DNA from: Candidatus Nomurabacteria bacterium
Lineage (GTDB): Bacteria > Patescibacteriota > Minisyncoccia > Phycocordibacterales > UBA918
Direction: 5' to 3'
Assembly (NCBI GenBank): GCA_020632095.1
Contig: JACKGF010000001.1
Span: 134,549-198,548 of the forward strand
DNA length: 64,000 nucleotides
Shown: positions 37,166-46,227 of the stretch, one piece after another
Position numbering within the stretch: position 1 is the first letter of the stretch
Layout: the number at the start of each line of letters is the position of its first letter
The notes under the pieces: generated by a model
What the model was told of the DNA's origin: nothing
The model's input: the letters and a program-made list of their open reading frames with translations, nothing else
The model's database searches: none
Made by a program: the position numbers and the translations under genes

Positions 37166-39655
37166 ATGAAAATAATAAATTTGCATAAATTTTGTTTGAC
37201 TACATTTTTTTTCATAGCTCTACTACTAACCTCCTTTGTACACAAAACTTTAGCTGCGCCACTGCTTGATTCAGTTTATGGTGGTTCAGGCTGGTCAATG
37301 CCACAATCGGAGTATATTGGTGTAGACAGTGATACCTGTGGATCATCAGCAACAGTAGGGCAGATACAGCTGGTTGAAGAAAATAGTAATACTCTTGTTT
37401 TAACTCCCCCTACCTGGACTATTACTGTTAAAGATAGTTCCGGAGTGGAAACCTATAGCTGGACTGGGGTTGATACTAGTGTATCACCAAAGTTTTGCTA
37501 CCAATTGTCAAGTGATTACATAAAGGTAGACTCATCTGAAACGGTTGAATATTTTGCTCATGCTGGTGAATTTGTAAAAACAAATGTCGGCGAACCTGCT
37601 GATTATTATGGTCAATTATATTTAGGAAGAGTTCATCTTCGTAGTAGATCAAAAGAATTAAATAATATTTCTCCTCTATATCCAGAGAGTACCAGCTACA
37701 ACAGTAGTCCAGGATACATTATTAACACAAACCAAATAGCTAATATTTACGGTGCTTCAGAGCGACACACTATCAAACACACAGTGCTAGATATTAGTGA
37801 TCTTACGGAAACTACGAGAAATATTAGTTCTTCAGGTACATCTGGCTTGGAGATGCTACCTGCAGTTGCATTGCCTGATGGTCGTTACGTTTGGTATTTT
37901 TCAATGACTCTTGATGGGAATGTAGAAATTTCTGATAATCTACATTTAAGTAGTGATGTACCTACATCAGGCATTACCACTGCGGTTCCTTTTATTATCG
38001 ATACCGCCCCACCTATTGTGAGCGTTGATTTAGAGCTGATAAGTGTGGTTGATGGAAAGGCAAATGTTACTATTTCAAATTCGATACAAGACAAATTATC
38101 GGGAACATTATCATCTACTATATACCTACAAGAAGTAACCCCAGGAAGCTCTTGGTCAAATACTTCTGTTGGATTAATTAATGGTTCCAATGATAAACAG
38201 ACAGTAAGTATTAATTATGAATTAACATCAGGTACTAGCTACCAATACTTTGCAGTATCAACTGATGTGGCAGGGAATGTCGCAACGTCAACAGTAATGA
38301 ATTTTACAGCTCCAGCTGTCATGCCAGTAAACCCAATAGTTAAGATCTCATCACCTGAACCAACTGACCTACCTTCAGAATTCAACATAGACTATGACAC
38401 GCTAAACAATATTAATTTTGTAGGGGAAGGTATCGATGCTCTGTATGTATCATGGGAATGGCGGATGAATGACTGTAACAGTGGCCCTGTTTACAGTAGT
38501 TCAAGGACTTTTTCAACTAGTACAACGAATAATACTATTACACCTGATGCTGACGCTGTTGCTAGTCGGATATACTTAAGAGCTAAAGATAGTGATGTTG
38601 GGGTATGGTCAACAAACTGTCCTTATATAGACATTAAAATTAATTGTCCAGTATATGAGTCGTGGAGTGGTATGGCTTGTGTTCCTGATATTTCTATGTA
38701 TCCCGACCTTGTAAGTCATAATTTCATGGTGTCTGAAGGACCGTACCAGAAAAACGATACAGTTTCACTCGTGTCAAATGTAAAAAATATAGGTGCTACA
38801 GATTCGATACTTCTTTCATCAAGTAATTTCTCATATAGTTGGGACACTGGCGAGACATGGACTAACTTTGGTGCAAATGGATTTCATGGGTCTATCCCTG
38901 TTGGCGCTTTTGACTCAGTAGACGAAATCTTCACGCTAGAACAAGCTGGCACTCTTATGTTAAAACATTGTGTAGACATTAATAATACAATTGATGAAGG
39001 TCCGCTCGGTGAGTCACCTAACTGTTCAACCATAGGTCCAATCACAGTTACTGAGTTACCAGAAGCTGAACTTAGTGGATACGGTTGCACGGTTGGAGAT
39101 TCAGGAACGGATAGCAGTTGTAGTGGACGTTTGTCATGGAGCTTTAATAACGCTGATCTGGCTTACATCTACAATCTAACAACTAACACTACTTATTCTA
39201 CCGACCTTACAGGAACAAATTTTATCGCATTGCTGCAATATGGTCCGAATGTTATACAGGCTAGGAATGATGATGCGACTACGGTTCCTGAAGTTCTTAA
39301 ACAAATTACACTTAACGCCTCTTGTGATACAGACGTTAATTTCTGGGACGGAGTTCAATGTGGTCCGTTACCAGATATTGACATCTCAGCTATCCCAACA
39401 ACAATTAGAGCAGGAAAATCAACGGTTATCAAGATAGGTATAACATCAGATTATGACTTCGACTGCAGTATGTACGGTTTTGAAACTTCACCAATTGTAT
39501 TTTCTCACACAGCTAGTCCAGTAGTTCAGTATTATGAATATCCAACTTCGGAACTGTATTCAGCTCAAATTATTCAAATTTCATGTGATGTACTTGGAAA
39601 TGTTGTTGATGTAAATACTAGGATAGATATTATTGGAAGTCCTTACGAATCTTGA
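37166..39655 (+). CDS. large secreted Ser/Thr-rich protein (probable Ig-like/fibronectin-like beta domains), unknown function
   Basis: 829 aa. Signal peptide LTTFFFIALLLTSFVHKTLAAP. No TM elsewhere. Multiple Cys pairs and S/T/N-rich beta composition. No catalytic motif recognised. Confidence 0.55.
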   Translation: MKIINLHKFCLTTFFFIALLLTSFVHKTLAAPLLDSVYGGSGWSMPQSEYIGVDSDTCGSSATVGQIQLVEENSNTLVLTPPTWTITVKDSSGVETYSWTGVDTSVSPKFCYQLSSDYIKVDSSETVEYFAHAGEFVKTNVGEPADYYGQLYLGRVHLRSRSKELNNISPLYPESTSYNSSPGYIINTNQIANIYGASERHTIKHTVLDISDLTETTRNISSSGTSGLEMLPAVALPDGRYVWYFSMTLDGNVEISDNLHLSSDVPTSGITTAVPFIIDTAPPIVSVDLELISVVDGKANVTISNSIQDKLSGTLSSTIYLQEVTPGSSWSNTSVGLINGSNDKQTVSINYELTSGTSYQYFAVSTDVAGNVATSTVMNFTAPAVMPVNPIVKISSPEPTDLPSEFNIDYDTLNNINFVGEGIDALYVSWEWRMNDCNSGPVYSSSRTFSTSTTNNTITPDADAVASRIYLRAKDSDVGVWSTNCPYIDIKINCPVYESWSGMACVPDISMYPDLVSHNFMVSEGPYQKNDTVSLVSNVKNIGATDSILLSSSNFSYSWDTGETWTNFGANGFHGSIPVGAFDSVDEIFTLEQAGTLMLKHCVDINNTIDEGPLGESPNCSTIGPITVTELPEAELSGYGCTVGDSGTDSSCSGRLSWSFNNADLAYIYNLTTNTTYSTDLTGTNFIALLQYGPNVIQARNDDATTVPEVLKQITLNASCDTDVNFWDGVQCGPLPDIDISAIPTTIRAGKSTVIKIGITSDYDFDCSMYGFETSPIVFSHTASPVVQYYEYPTSELYSAQIIQISCDVLGNVVDVNTRIDIIGSPYES

Positions 39656-39696
39656 TCACAACGATCATACTGAGTCTAATGTGTTAGAATTAAAGC

Positions 39697-40665
39697 ATGA
39701 GAAATAAACGTGTTGCTGTATTACGTGGTGGGCCCAGTGAAGAATATTCAGTATCCATGAAATCTGGAGGTGCAGTTATTAGTGCGCTACAAGTACTAGA
39801 CTATCCGTACAAGGATATTGTTATTACAAAAAAAGGTGAGTGGCTAGAAAATGGATTCACTAAACAGCCAGATACTGCACTTGAGGCGATTGATATGGTA
39901 TTTTTGGCTCTGCATGGCTCATACGGTGAGGATGGGCAGGTACAGAGGATTTTACAGCGGAAAAATATTCCCTTTACTGGTAGTCGAGCATTACCCTCAG
40001 CTATTGCTTTTAACAAAGAGTTGACTAAGCAAACCTTACGACCACATGGTGTACAAATGCCTCGTCACCGCCGAGTCGACCGCTCTGAATTAGACCGGAT
40101 TGATGAAGAAATACCTTATATTTTTGCTGATATTGGAGCAGAGCTATTTGTTAAACCTGTGGCTAACGGATCCTCATTTGGAGCGAAGTATGTTCCAAAT
40201 GAACAAATTTTAAAGGAAGCCTTGTATGAGTTGTTGGAAAATTACGATCAAGTATTGGTCGAGCAATTTATTCGCGGAAAAGAAGCAACCGTAGGAATTC
40301 TAAATGATTTTCGTGGTGAAACCTACTACGCCTTACCTGTAATTGAAATAATTCCGCCGAGCGGTGAACCGATGTTTTCTCATGAACATAAGTACAACGG
40401 ACAAACCCAGGAAATATGTCCAGGCCGATTCTCATACGAAGAAAAATCTAAAATGGCTGAAATAGCTAGCCTGGTACACCAAGTAATTGATTGTGATCAT
40501 TATTCACGTACTGATTTCATTGTCCGTGATGGAGAAGTGTACTTCCTTGAAGTTAACACATTACCAGGACTGACCGATCAGTCATTATTTCCCAAAGCAG
40601 CCGCCGCTATTGGTCTTGAGTTTAATCAACTCGTAGAACATCTGGTTGAAACAGCGCGTGTCTAA
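39697..40665 (+). CDS. ddl: D-alanine--D-alanine ligase
   Basis: 322 aa. RVAVLRGGPSEEYSVSMKSG, ALHGSYGEDGQVQ, ELFVKPVANGSSFG, DFIVRDGEVYFLEVNTLPGLT (ATP-grasp, Ddl signature order). Confidence 0.85.
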   Translation: MRNKRVAVLRGGPSEEYSVSMKSGGAVISALQVLDYPYKDIVITKKGEWLENGFTKQPDTALEAIDMVFLALHGSYGEDGQVQRILQRKNIPFTGSRALPSAIAFNKELTKQTLRPHGVQMPRHRRVDRSELDRIDEEIPYIFADIGAELFVKPVANGSSFGAKYVPNEQILKEALYELLENYDQVLVEQFIRGKEATVGILNDFRGETYYALPVIEIIPPSGEPMFSHEHKYNGQTQEICPGRFSYEEKSKMAEIASLVHQVIDCDHYSRTDFIVRDGEVYFLEVNTLPGLTDQSLFPKAAAAIGLEFNQLVEHLVETARV

Positions 40666-40680
40666 ATGTGGTTAATTAAC

Positions 40681-40709
40681 TTGACTTAGAAGCCTTAGAG
40701 CCTTATTAT
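40681..40709 (+). promoter_or_regulatory. candidate sigma70-like promoter for tRNA-Ala(TGC): TTGACT-17 nt-TATTAT
   Basis: TTGACT at 40681-86 and TATTAT at 40704-09, ~40 nt upstream of the tRNA. Confidence 0.4.
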
Positions 40710-40751
40710 GGTGCGCACCTGAGGTAATATTTAGGTGTTCCATTTTAGAAT

Positions 40752-40824
40752 GGGCTCGTAGCTCAGCTGGTAGAGCGCCTCATTTGCACTGAGGAGGTAG
40801 CGGGTTCAAGTCCTGTCGAGTCCA
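40752..40824 (+). tRNA. tRNA-Ala (anticodon TGC), CCA not encoded
   Basis: 73-nt cloverleaf folded by hand: acceptor GGGCUCG/CGAGUCC with G3:U70 (Ala identity), D-arm GCUC-AGCUGGUA-GAGC, anticodon stem CCUCA/UGAGG, loop UUUGCAC, T-arm GCGGG-UUCAAGU-CCUGU, discriminator A. Confidence 0.85.
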
Positions 40825-41020
40825 CAAAAACCAAAACCAAAGCGGATGCTTTGGTTTTGTTGTTTTTGTGAGACATCGACAGGACTTGAAAGACGGAGGC
40901 TGCGAAGCCAGTTTTGAGGTACGAGAAACTGTAGCCGAGTCGGGGTAGCGAACACTTAGTAGATTATGAGCGAAGCGAAGTAATATACTTAGTGATTCGT
41001 GACCAAGTCCTGTCGAGTCC
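40825..41020 (+). other. tRNA-Ala(TGC) 3'-linked element: terminator hairpin, inverted copy of the tRNA 3' end, conserved ~70-nt block, and direct repeat of the tRNA 3' end
   Basis: Hairpin CCAAAGC-ggat-GCTTTGG + T-run (40837-40868). CATCGACAGGACTTGAA (40874-90) is the reverse complement of tRNA nt 55-71. The block 40935-41003 is ~90% identical to 41551-41616. AAGTCCTGTCGAGTCC at 41005-41020 exactly repeats tRNA nt 57-72 (40808-40823). Confidence 0.55.
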
Positions 41021-41063
41021 TGCACACATACCATCCCTCTCAATCTTTTGTTACAATTCCAAC

Positions 41064-41339
41064 ATGACAAAAGAAGAATTACTTCACATTAACCCAAACG
41101 AAATACTTCTACTAGATATTCGCACAGACGATGAGGTAAAAGCCATTCCGTGTATTGATTCAGCACAACATATGCCAATGCGAACGGTTATTAATGAAGT
41201 GAATAGCGGAGAACTACCAAAAGATAAAAAAATAGTCACGATTTGTCACAGTGGCGGTCGTTGTATGATGTTGCATCAGTTCCTACTAGAACACGGATAC
41301 CAAGCAGACTATCTAGAAGGTGGAATAATGTCTCTATAG
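41064..41339 (+). CDS. single-domain rhodanese-like sulfurtransferase
   Basis: ATG 41064 gives 91 aa. The active-site loop CHSGGRCM (Cys-x-x-Gly-x-Arg) and LLLDIRTDDE fit single-domain rhodanese (GlpE/PspE-like). The ORF track start 40992 lies inside the upstream element. Confidence 0.7.
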   Translation: MTKEELLHINPNEILLLDIRTDDEVKAIPCIDSAQHMPMRTVINEVNSGELPKDKKIVTICHSGGRCMMLHQFLLEHGYQADYLEGGIMSL

Positions 41340-41387
41340 CAAGAGTTAGCTGTTTGATTATTTTATGATAAAATCTCACTCACTACT

Positions 41388-41460
41388 GGGCCCTTAGCTC
41401 ATCCGGTAGAGCGCTTCCATGGCATGGAAGAGGCGAGCGGTTCAAGTCCGCTAGGGTCCA
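41388..41460 (+). tRNA. tRNA-Ala (anticodon GGC), CCA not encoded
   Basis: 73-nt cloverleaf: acceptor GGGCCCU/AGGGUCC with G3:U70, anticodon stem CUUCC/GGAAG, loop AUGGCAU, T-arm AGCGG-UUCAAGU-CCGCU, discriminator A. Confidence 0.85.
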
Positions 41461-41630
41461 CAAGCGTTAAGAAATCCTGCCCTGCGGCAGGATTTTAGCT
41501 TGTGGAAGGCGGAGCGTTGTGAGGAGCGCGCTTCCTAGCGCGACGAGCCGCGAGCCGGGGTCGAGAACACTTAGTAGATTACGAGCGTAAGCGAAGTAAT
41601 ATACTTAGTGATTCGTGTCCACAAGCGTTA
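41461..41630 (+). other. tRNA-Ala(GGC) 3'-linked element, same organisation as 40825..41020
   Basis: Hairpin AATCCTGCC-ctgc-GGCAGGATT + TTTT (41473-97). CTTGTGGA (41499-41506) is an inverted copy of the tRNA 3' end/downstream TCCACAAG. The block 41551-41616 (CGAGCCGGGGTCGAGAACACTTAGTAGATTACGAGCGTAAGCGAAGTAATATACTTAGTGATTCGTG) is shared with element 1. GTCCACAAGCGTTA at 41617-30 is a direct repeat of 41456-69. A perfect 18-bp palindrome GTAAACAACCACCGGCCC/GGGCCGGTGGTTGTTTAC (shared central C) follows at 41631-41665. Confidence 0.55.
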
Positions 41631-41774
41631 GTAAACAACCACCGGCCTTAGGGCCGGTGGTTGTTTACTAAGTAGTTATAATTCAGACTTCAAATACTGT
41701 TACTTAAACTGAGAACCAATCAGATAAATATGATATCATAAAAACAATTATCAAAATCATTAGTTTAAGAGCTT

Positions 41775-44700
41775 ATGCATGAAGCGGCAAAAGTAAATTC
41801 CTTTAGAGAACCCAAAAATCAGTCTGGAAATTTTGAACCTAAAATTCTAGATGGGAATGAAGGTTATACTAATGAGCCGGCTGCAAACGATGATGGGGCT
41901 TTTGATGAACCTCAAGAGAGAAAACTGGTCGTAGCTACTGATAACGGTGATGTGACACCTGAATATCAAAATCGTGTTGATAACATACCAGATACACCAG
42001 CTGCTAGTTCAATCAATGATCTGAGGCAGCAACTTGATAATATAAATTACCAAGCAGGTCAAGGATTGATGGATGACGATGAAGCTTCTAGGATTACTGC
42101 TGATTTAGAAAAACAGCTTTATGAACTAGAGTTAAAGCAATCTGATTCAGAACTTGATAGTGACGTGAATAATGTTCCTGTGTCAGGAAGTCTGGATACG
42201 GCTGGAAATGAACAAGCATCAGGCTCTACTGAGGAAGTCTTACTAGCACCAGCTTCTGAAGCAGTTGAAGAAGAAAAAAGCGCATTTGAATTAAGGCGAG
42301 AGTTCAACGCGGCTCGCGACAATTATCACGCTACGTTGGAAACATCGTACAAGAATCGCTCAATGTTCAGTCGCTCGTTTAACTGGGTGAAAGATAAAGG
42401 AAGCCAGGTAGTAGATGTTTTTAGAGAAGATAAACCTGGGTCGGTAGATAGTGAACAAACACAGATTAAAAAACCACTCCCTGGTGAATCTTTGAGTAAA
42501 GAAGCACAAGAGTATTACAATAACCTACCTTTCTGGAGACGTGTTTTTGGACCAAAGCGAGATGAAATGAACCCGGATGTGCTTGCCGCAAAGGAAAATT
42601 TTGATGCTAAAAATCAAGCTTTGTATGAGTACAAAAAGAAGAATGTTTACCCTGGTGTAATGCAAAAGGGACTTGAGAAGGGTTACGATATTTCTTTTGG
42701 AATTGCAAATCGACATGTACTCAGACCAGCAGGACAAAGACAAGAGTTGCAAAGTGCCCATCTACCTGAAAATCTCAAAAACGCAAAGGATCGCTTGGGT
42801 CAGTTCATGCAGAACCACAGAAAGAAAGTGTTAGCTGCAACATTTATGATTTCTGCCCTAAACCCGCTTAGAGCAGGTGCTGTTTTGACAGCAGGAATGA
42901 TTGGTAAACTCTATATCAAATCAAAAGCTGACGCCGAGGCAGCCAACAAAAAAGAGATTGTTGGCGGTATTATGGCTGACCATTCCGGGAGATTAGTAGA
43001 GCTTGAAAATGCCTACTATAAAGACCTTCGTGCTTTAAAAGCAGCTCAAATAAGAACTAGGATTGCTGTTGGTGCCACTGGTTTGGTGGCTGGAGGTTCG
43101 ATTGGTGCTGAAGCTTATGCTGATGTTTCTAGTTATGTAAATAAGTTGACCGATGGAGCAGGCATTAATGGTGCAATAGATGGAATTTCTGATGCAATAG
43201 ATAAATTCAGTGGTGGAGACGGTGGGGGTGGGGGAGAGGGGGGAGGAATTAACTCTTGGTCAGGCAAAATTAGCGCTGTTGCTGATTCTGCTCCAGATAC
43301 ACCTGAAGCTGAGGTAATTAACCCAGATTTTGATAATAATGTTCTTAGACAACAGACGGAAGCTGAGATTGAACACCAATTAAGAGAATTGGCACCTTCA
43401 GAGCAGATTGAAAGTGTCGTTAAAGTCGATCCGCTTGATTCGTCTATTGGGCCTAAAGATGCATTTAATATAGACAAACCATCACTTGATACTGGAGTTG
43501 ACTTAAGCCCTAAAGAAGGTTTAGATCAGCAACTCTCAGCTGAACATGTTAGTCCAACGGAAAGTCTTAGTCCTGAAAAAATTGTTCATCACGTAGAAAG
43601 GGGTCAAAATCTTTCGACTGAATTTAGTGATAAGGTCAGGGAGTTGACTGATACACAAGACTACCGATTGCCACCAGGTGTTAGCAGGGACGAGATAGTT
43701 CACAAGATGTACCAAACCTTTCCTGAGATGACTAAGGCTCATGGTGTTCCACCAGCTTGGACTCCTCAAGACTGGAGAGACGTCGGTGTCTCTAGTGGTA
43801 ACCCAAATCTAATCTATCCGACTGATAACATAAATATGAGCGCCATGATGGCAAAAATGGGTGTTCTTCCAAACTCTTCAGGTATTGACGTTTCTTCTGC
43901 AGCTGACAGCGCATTTTCTGGCCACCATCAACCTGTGCACGTTGCACCTCACAGCGCAGTCTCTCATCAATCTTTGGAAGCAATATCCAACCTAAACAAA
44001 AGACCACTTGATTTTGATCATTTAATGAAGGGTCCGGAGGTGTTTGACCTAAACTATACTGGACAAGAGCAAGTTCCTGATAATCTTCCATCTGATGATG
44101 CAATGTTTTCAGGTTCTGAGAAATCTGGGGCATATGACGCGGAAAAGGCTAAATATGATAGTTTTAGAGAAGCTGGAGCAAGTGTTGAAACAAATTACCC
44201 ACCTAAGCCAGTTAGTGATGGTGTACCATACTCTCCGCGTGAAACATCTACAGAAACAGCAGGTGTTCCAGACAGAGAAATAAAACATTTTAACGTTAGT
44301 AATGATGGTCATGAAGTTACCAAAAGTACATATAGTGTTAGAACGAACGTTGATGGTAGCACAGGTAATGTAAGTGGATCATATAGTCATCAAACTGGCA
44401 GATTGGTTGAAGGGACGGATAATTTTTTTCCAGATACTGGTGCAATGACACAAAACGGTCAGGTTATAGTTTCTGAGCCTTACGCAAATATCGAGTATAG
44501 AGCCACGAGTGCAGCTGATTTCAATCAAGAACTAAGCAAGGTCGTGTACGAAGGACATAAGTCAGGTGACTTGAGAATACTAAACAACGAAACTGGCAAG
44601 GAAATAGCTACCTTAGGAGATTCTGTAGCCTACGTGAAATCAAGACTGGATGATTTAATGTCTCCCAAAGATGGTGAGCCACCTCTACTTTCTCCAGAAG

Positions 44701-44816
44701 TCCTTAAACAATATGGAATTACTGATGGTGAATTTGCAAAAGTGAAAGAAGGAGATGTTGTGGACATGGGAGGTATTGTGAAGGAAATATTAAAAGTACG
44801 CACACCATTACCATAA
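41775..44816 (+). CDS. large (1013 aa) acidic hypothetical protein with internal hydrophobic segments and Gly-rich tract
   Basis: No signal peptide. Low-complexity acidic N-terminal third. Two hydrophobic stretches (VLAATFMISALNPLRAGAVLTAGMIG; IAVGATGLVAGGSIGAEAYA) and GGDGGGGGEGGG. No catalytic motif recognised. Confidence 0.5.
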   Translation: MHEAAKVNSFREPKNQSGNFEPKILDGNEGYTNEPAANDDGAFDEPQERKLVVATDNGDVTPEYQNRVDNIPDTPAASSINDLRQQLDNINYQAGQGLMDDDEASRITADLEKQLYELELKQSDSELDSDVNNVPVSGSLDTAGNEQASGSTEEVLLAPASEAVEEEKSAFELRREFNAARDNYHATLETSYKNRSMFSRSFNWVKDKGSQVVDVFREDKPGSVDSEQTQIKKPLPGESLSKEAQEYYNNLPFWRRVFGPKRDEMNPDVLAAKENFDAKNQALYEYKKKNVYPGVMQKGLEKGYDISFGIANRHVLRPAGQRQELQSAHLPENLKNAKDRLGQFMQNHRKKVLAATFMISALNPLRAGAVLTAGMIGKLYIKSKADAEAANKKEIVGGIMADHSGRLVELENAYYKDLRALKAAQIRTRIAVGATGLVAGGSIGAEAYADVSSYVNKLTDGAGINGAIDGISDAIDKFSGGDGGGGGEGGGINSWSGKISAVADSAPDTPEAEVINPDFDNNVLRQQTEAEIEHQLRELAPSEQIESVVKVDPLDSSIGPKDAFNIDKPSLDTGVDLSPKEGLDQQLSAEHVSPTESLSPEKIVHHVERGQNLSTEFSDKVRELTDTQDYRLPPGVSRDEIVHKMYQTFPEMTKAHGVPPAWTPQDWRDVGVSSGNPNLIYPTDNINMSAMMAKMGVLPNSSGIDVSSAADSAFSGHHQPVHVAPHSAVSHQSLEAISNLNKRPLDFDHLMKGPEVFDLNYTGQEQVPDNLPSDDAMFSGSEKSGAYDAEKAKYDSFREAGASVETNYPPKPVSDGVPYSPRETSTETAGVPDREIKHFNVSNDGHEVTKSTYSVRTNVDGSTGNVSGSYSHQTGRLVEGTDNFFPDTGAMTQNGQVIVSEPYANIEYRATSAADFNQELSKVVYEGHKSGDLRILNNETGKEIATLGDSVAYVKSRLDDLMSPKDGEPPLLSPEVLKQYGITDGEFAKVKEGDVVDMGGIVKEILKVRTPLP

Positions 44817-44835
44817 ATTATAGTAGCTAAATTTT

Positions 44836-45135
44836 ATGACAGATATTAAACCAGAGCATAATCTTGCTGAAATACTTGGGATTAATAAATTACCGGAAAA
44901 TGAGCAGGTGGAACAGATAGAGAAGGTTGGAATGATGATTATTAACGCAGCCGTTGGGAGACTACTAGTTTCTTTAGATGAATCTGAAGTTAAAGAATTG
45001 GAAGACTTTCTAGCCACCAGTACTGGAACAGAAGATGTTTTTCAGTATCTACTTGAAACATACCCACAATTTGAAGGGCATGTGCAGGACGAGGTCACTG
45101 GGCTATATAGTGAAGCTGAACAAATATTGACCTAG
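44836..45135 (+). CDS. small acidic hypothetical protein (99 aa) immediately downstream of the 1013-aa gene
   Basis: Spacing is 19 nt, so it may be co-transcribed. Helical acidic composition. No motif recognised. Confidence 0.4.
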   Translation: MTDIKPEHNLAEILGINKLPENEQVEQIEKVGMMIINAAVGRLLVSLDESEVKELEDFLATSTGTEDVFQYLLETYPQFEGHVQDEVTGLYSEAEQILT

Positions 45136-45203
45136 GTTTGCTTTTTCTCTAGAAAAAACTAGTTTAAGGATTCGAGCTGTTATATAGTAGCGTCAAACTA
45201 AAT

Positions 45204-46217
45204 ATGAGAAAAGTATTAGTTACTGGAGGAGTTGGGTACATTGGCTCACACACGGTGGTTGAGCTTATTGAAGCTGGCTATGTACCAGTGATTATTGATA
45301 ACTTTTCCAATTCTGAGCCTTGGATAATTGATAGAATTGAAGAGATTACTAAAACTAAGCCAACTTTCTATGAAGGAGACTGTGGCAACAAAGATTTTTT
45401 AAATGAAGTGTTTGCAGAAGAAAAAGAAATAGATTCAGTGATTCATTTTGCAGCTATGAAATCTGCGCATGAATCTATCGCAAATCCTCTTGAATACTAC
45501 AAAAATAATTTATGCTCCACCCTTGCTCTACTTGAAGTAATGAGTCAGTATAAAGTCACAAAGTTGGTCTTTTCTTCTTCCGCTACGGTATACGGTGAGT
45601 CTGATATTAATCCTATTCCAGAAACAGCTGAACTAAAAAACCAAACATCAACCTACGGGACTACTAAGCTGATGTGTGAAAGCATTATTGAAGATGTTGC
45701 CAAAAGCTCTAGTTTGAAAGCCATTTCGCTTCGATACTTCAATCCGGTTGGTGCCCACGCTTCAGCGCTGATAGGGGAGTTACCAAAAGGAACCCCTAAT
45801 AACTTGGTGCCATATATAACCCAGACAGCAATTGGTTTAAGGGAATACTTAACTGTTTATGGAGATGATTATCCGACTATGGACGGAACCTGTATTAGAG
45901 ATTTTATCCATGTAGTTGACCTAGCTCAGGCTCATATAGCTGCGCTTAAACACTTGGATATTACAAACGCTTCAACTCATACAAAATTCAACGTCGGGAC
46001 TGGTAAAGGAGAAAGTGTGATGGGACTGATAAAACAATTTGAATCTGTAACTAGTGTAAACCTGTCCTACAAAATTGGCCCACGTCGCGCTGGAGATATT
46101 ATTGAATGTTTTGCTGATGTCTCTAAGATTAACTCTGAGACGGGTTGGCAAGCAAAATTTGATTTGGATAAAGCCTTGCTAGATTCGTGGCACTGGCAAC
46201 AATCGTTAGTGACATAG
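45204..46217 (+). CDS. galE: UDP-glucose 4-epimerase
   Basis: 337 aa. VLVTGGVGYIGSHTVVEL, SSSATVYG, catalytic YGTTKL (YxxxK), and the C-terminal GalE pattern DYPTMDGTCIRDFIHVVDLAQAH. Confidence 0.85.
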   Translation: MRKVLVTGGVGYIGSHTVVELIEAGYVPVIIDNFSNSEPWIIDRIEEITKTKPTFYEGDCGNKDFLNEVFAEEKEIDSVIHFAAMKSAHESIANPLEYYKNNLCSTLALLEVMSQYKVTKLVFSSSATVYGESDINPIPETAELKNQTSTYGTTKLMCESIIEDVAKSSSLKAISLRYFNPVGAHASALIGELPKGTPNNLVPYITQTAIGLREYLTVYGDDYPTMDGTCIRDFIHVVDLAQAHIAALKHLDITNASTHTKFNVGTGKGESVMGLIKQFESVTSVNLSYKIGPRRAGDIIECFADVSKINSETGWQAKFDLDKALLDSWHWQQSLVT

Positions 46218-46227
46218 CTATCAAAGA

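Noticed and set aside
41631-41665. Perfect 18-bp palindrome (shared central C) after the second tRNA element as a rho-independent terminator
   Set aside because: It is not followed by a T-run (next bases TAAGTAG). It is kept as part of the tRNA-element finding, as a possible recombination or protein-binding site, rather than called a terminator.
43221-43243. G-rich tract (G5, G5, G6 runs) in the 1013-aa gene as a possible phase-variation slippage site
   Set aside because: Runs are short and interrupted, and they encode an in-frame Gly-rich linker (GGDGGGGGEGGG). It is more likely a low-complexity linker than a contingency locus, and this cannot be tested without population data.
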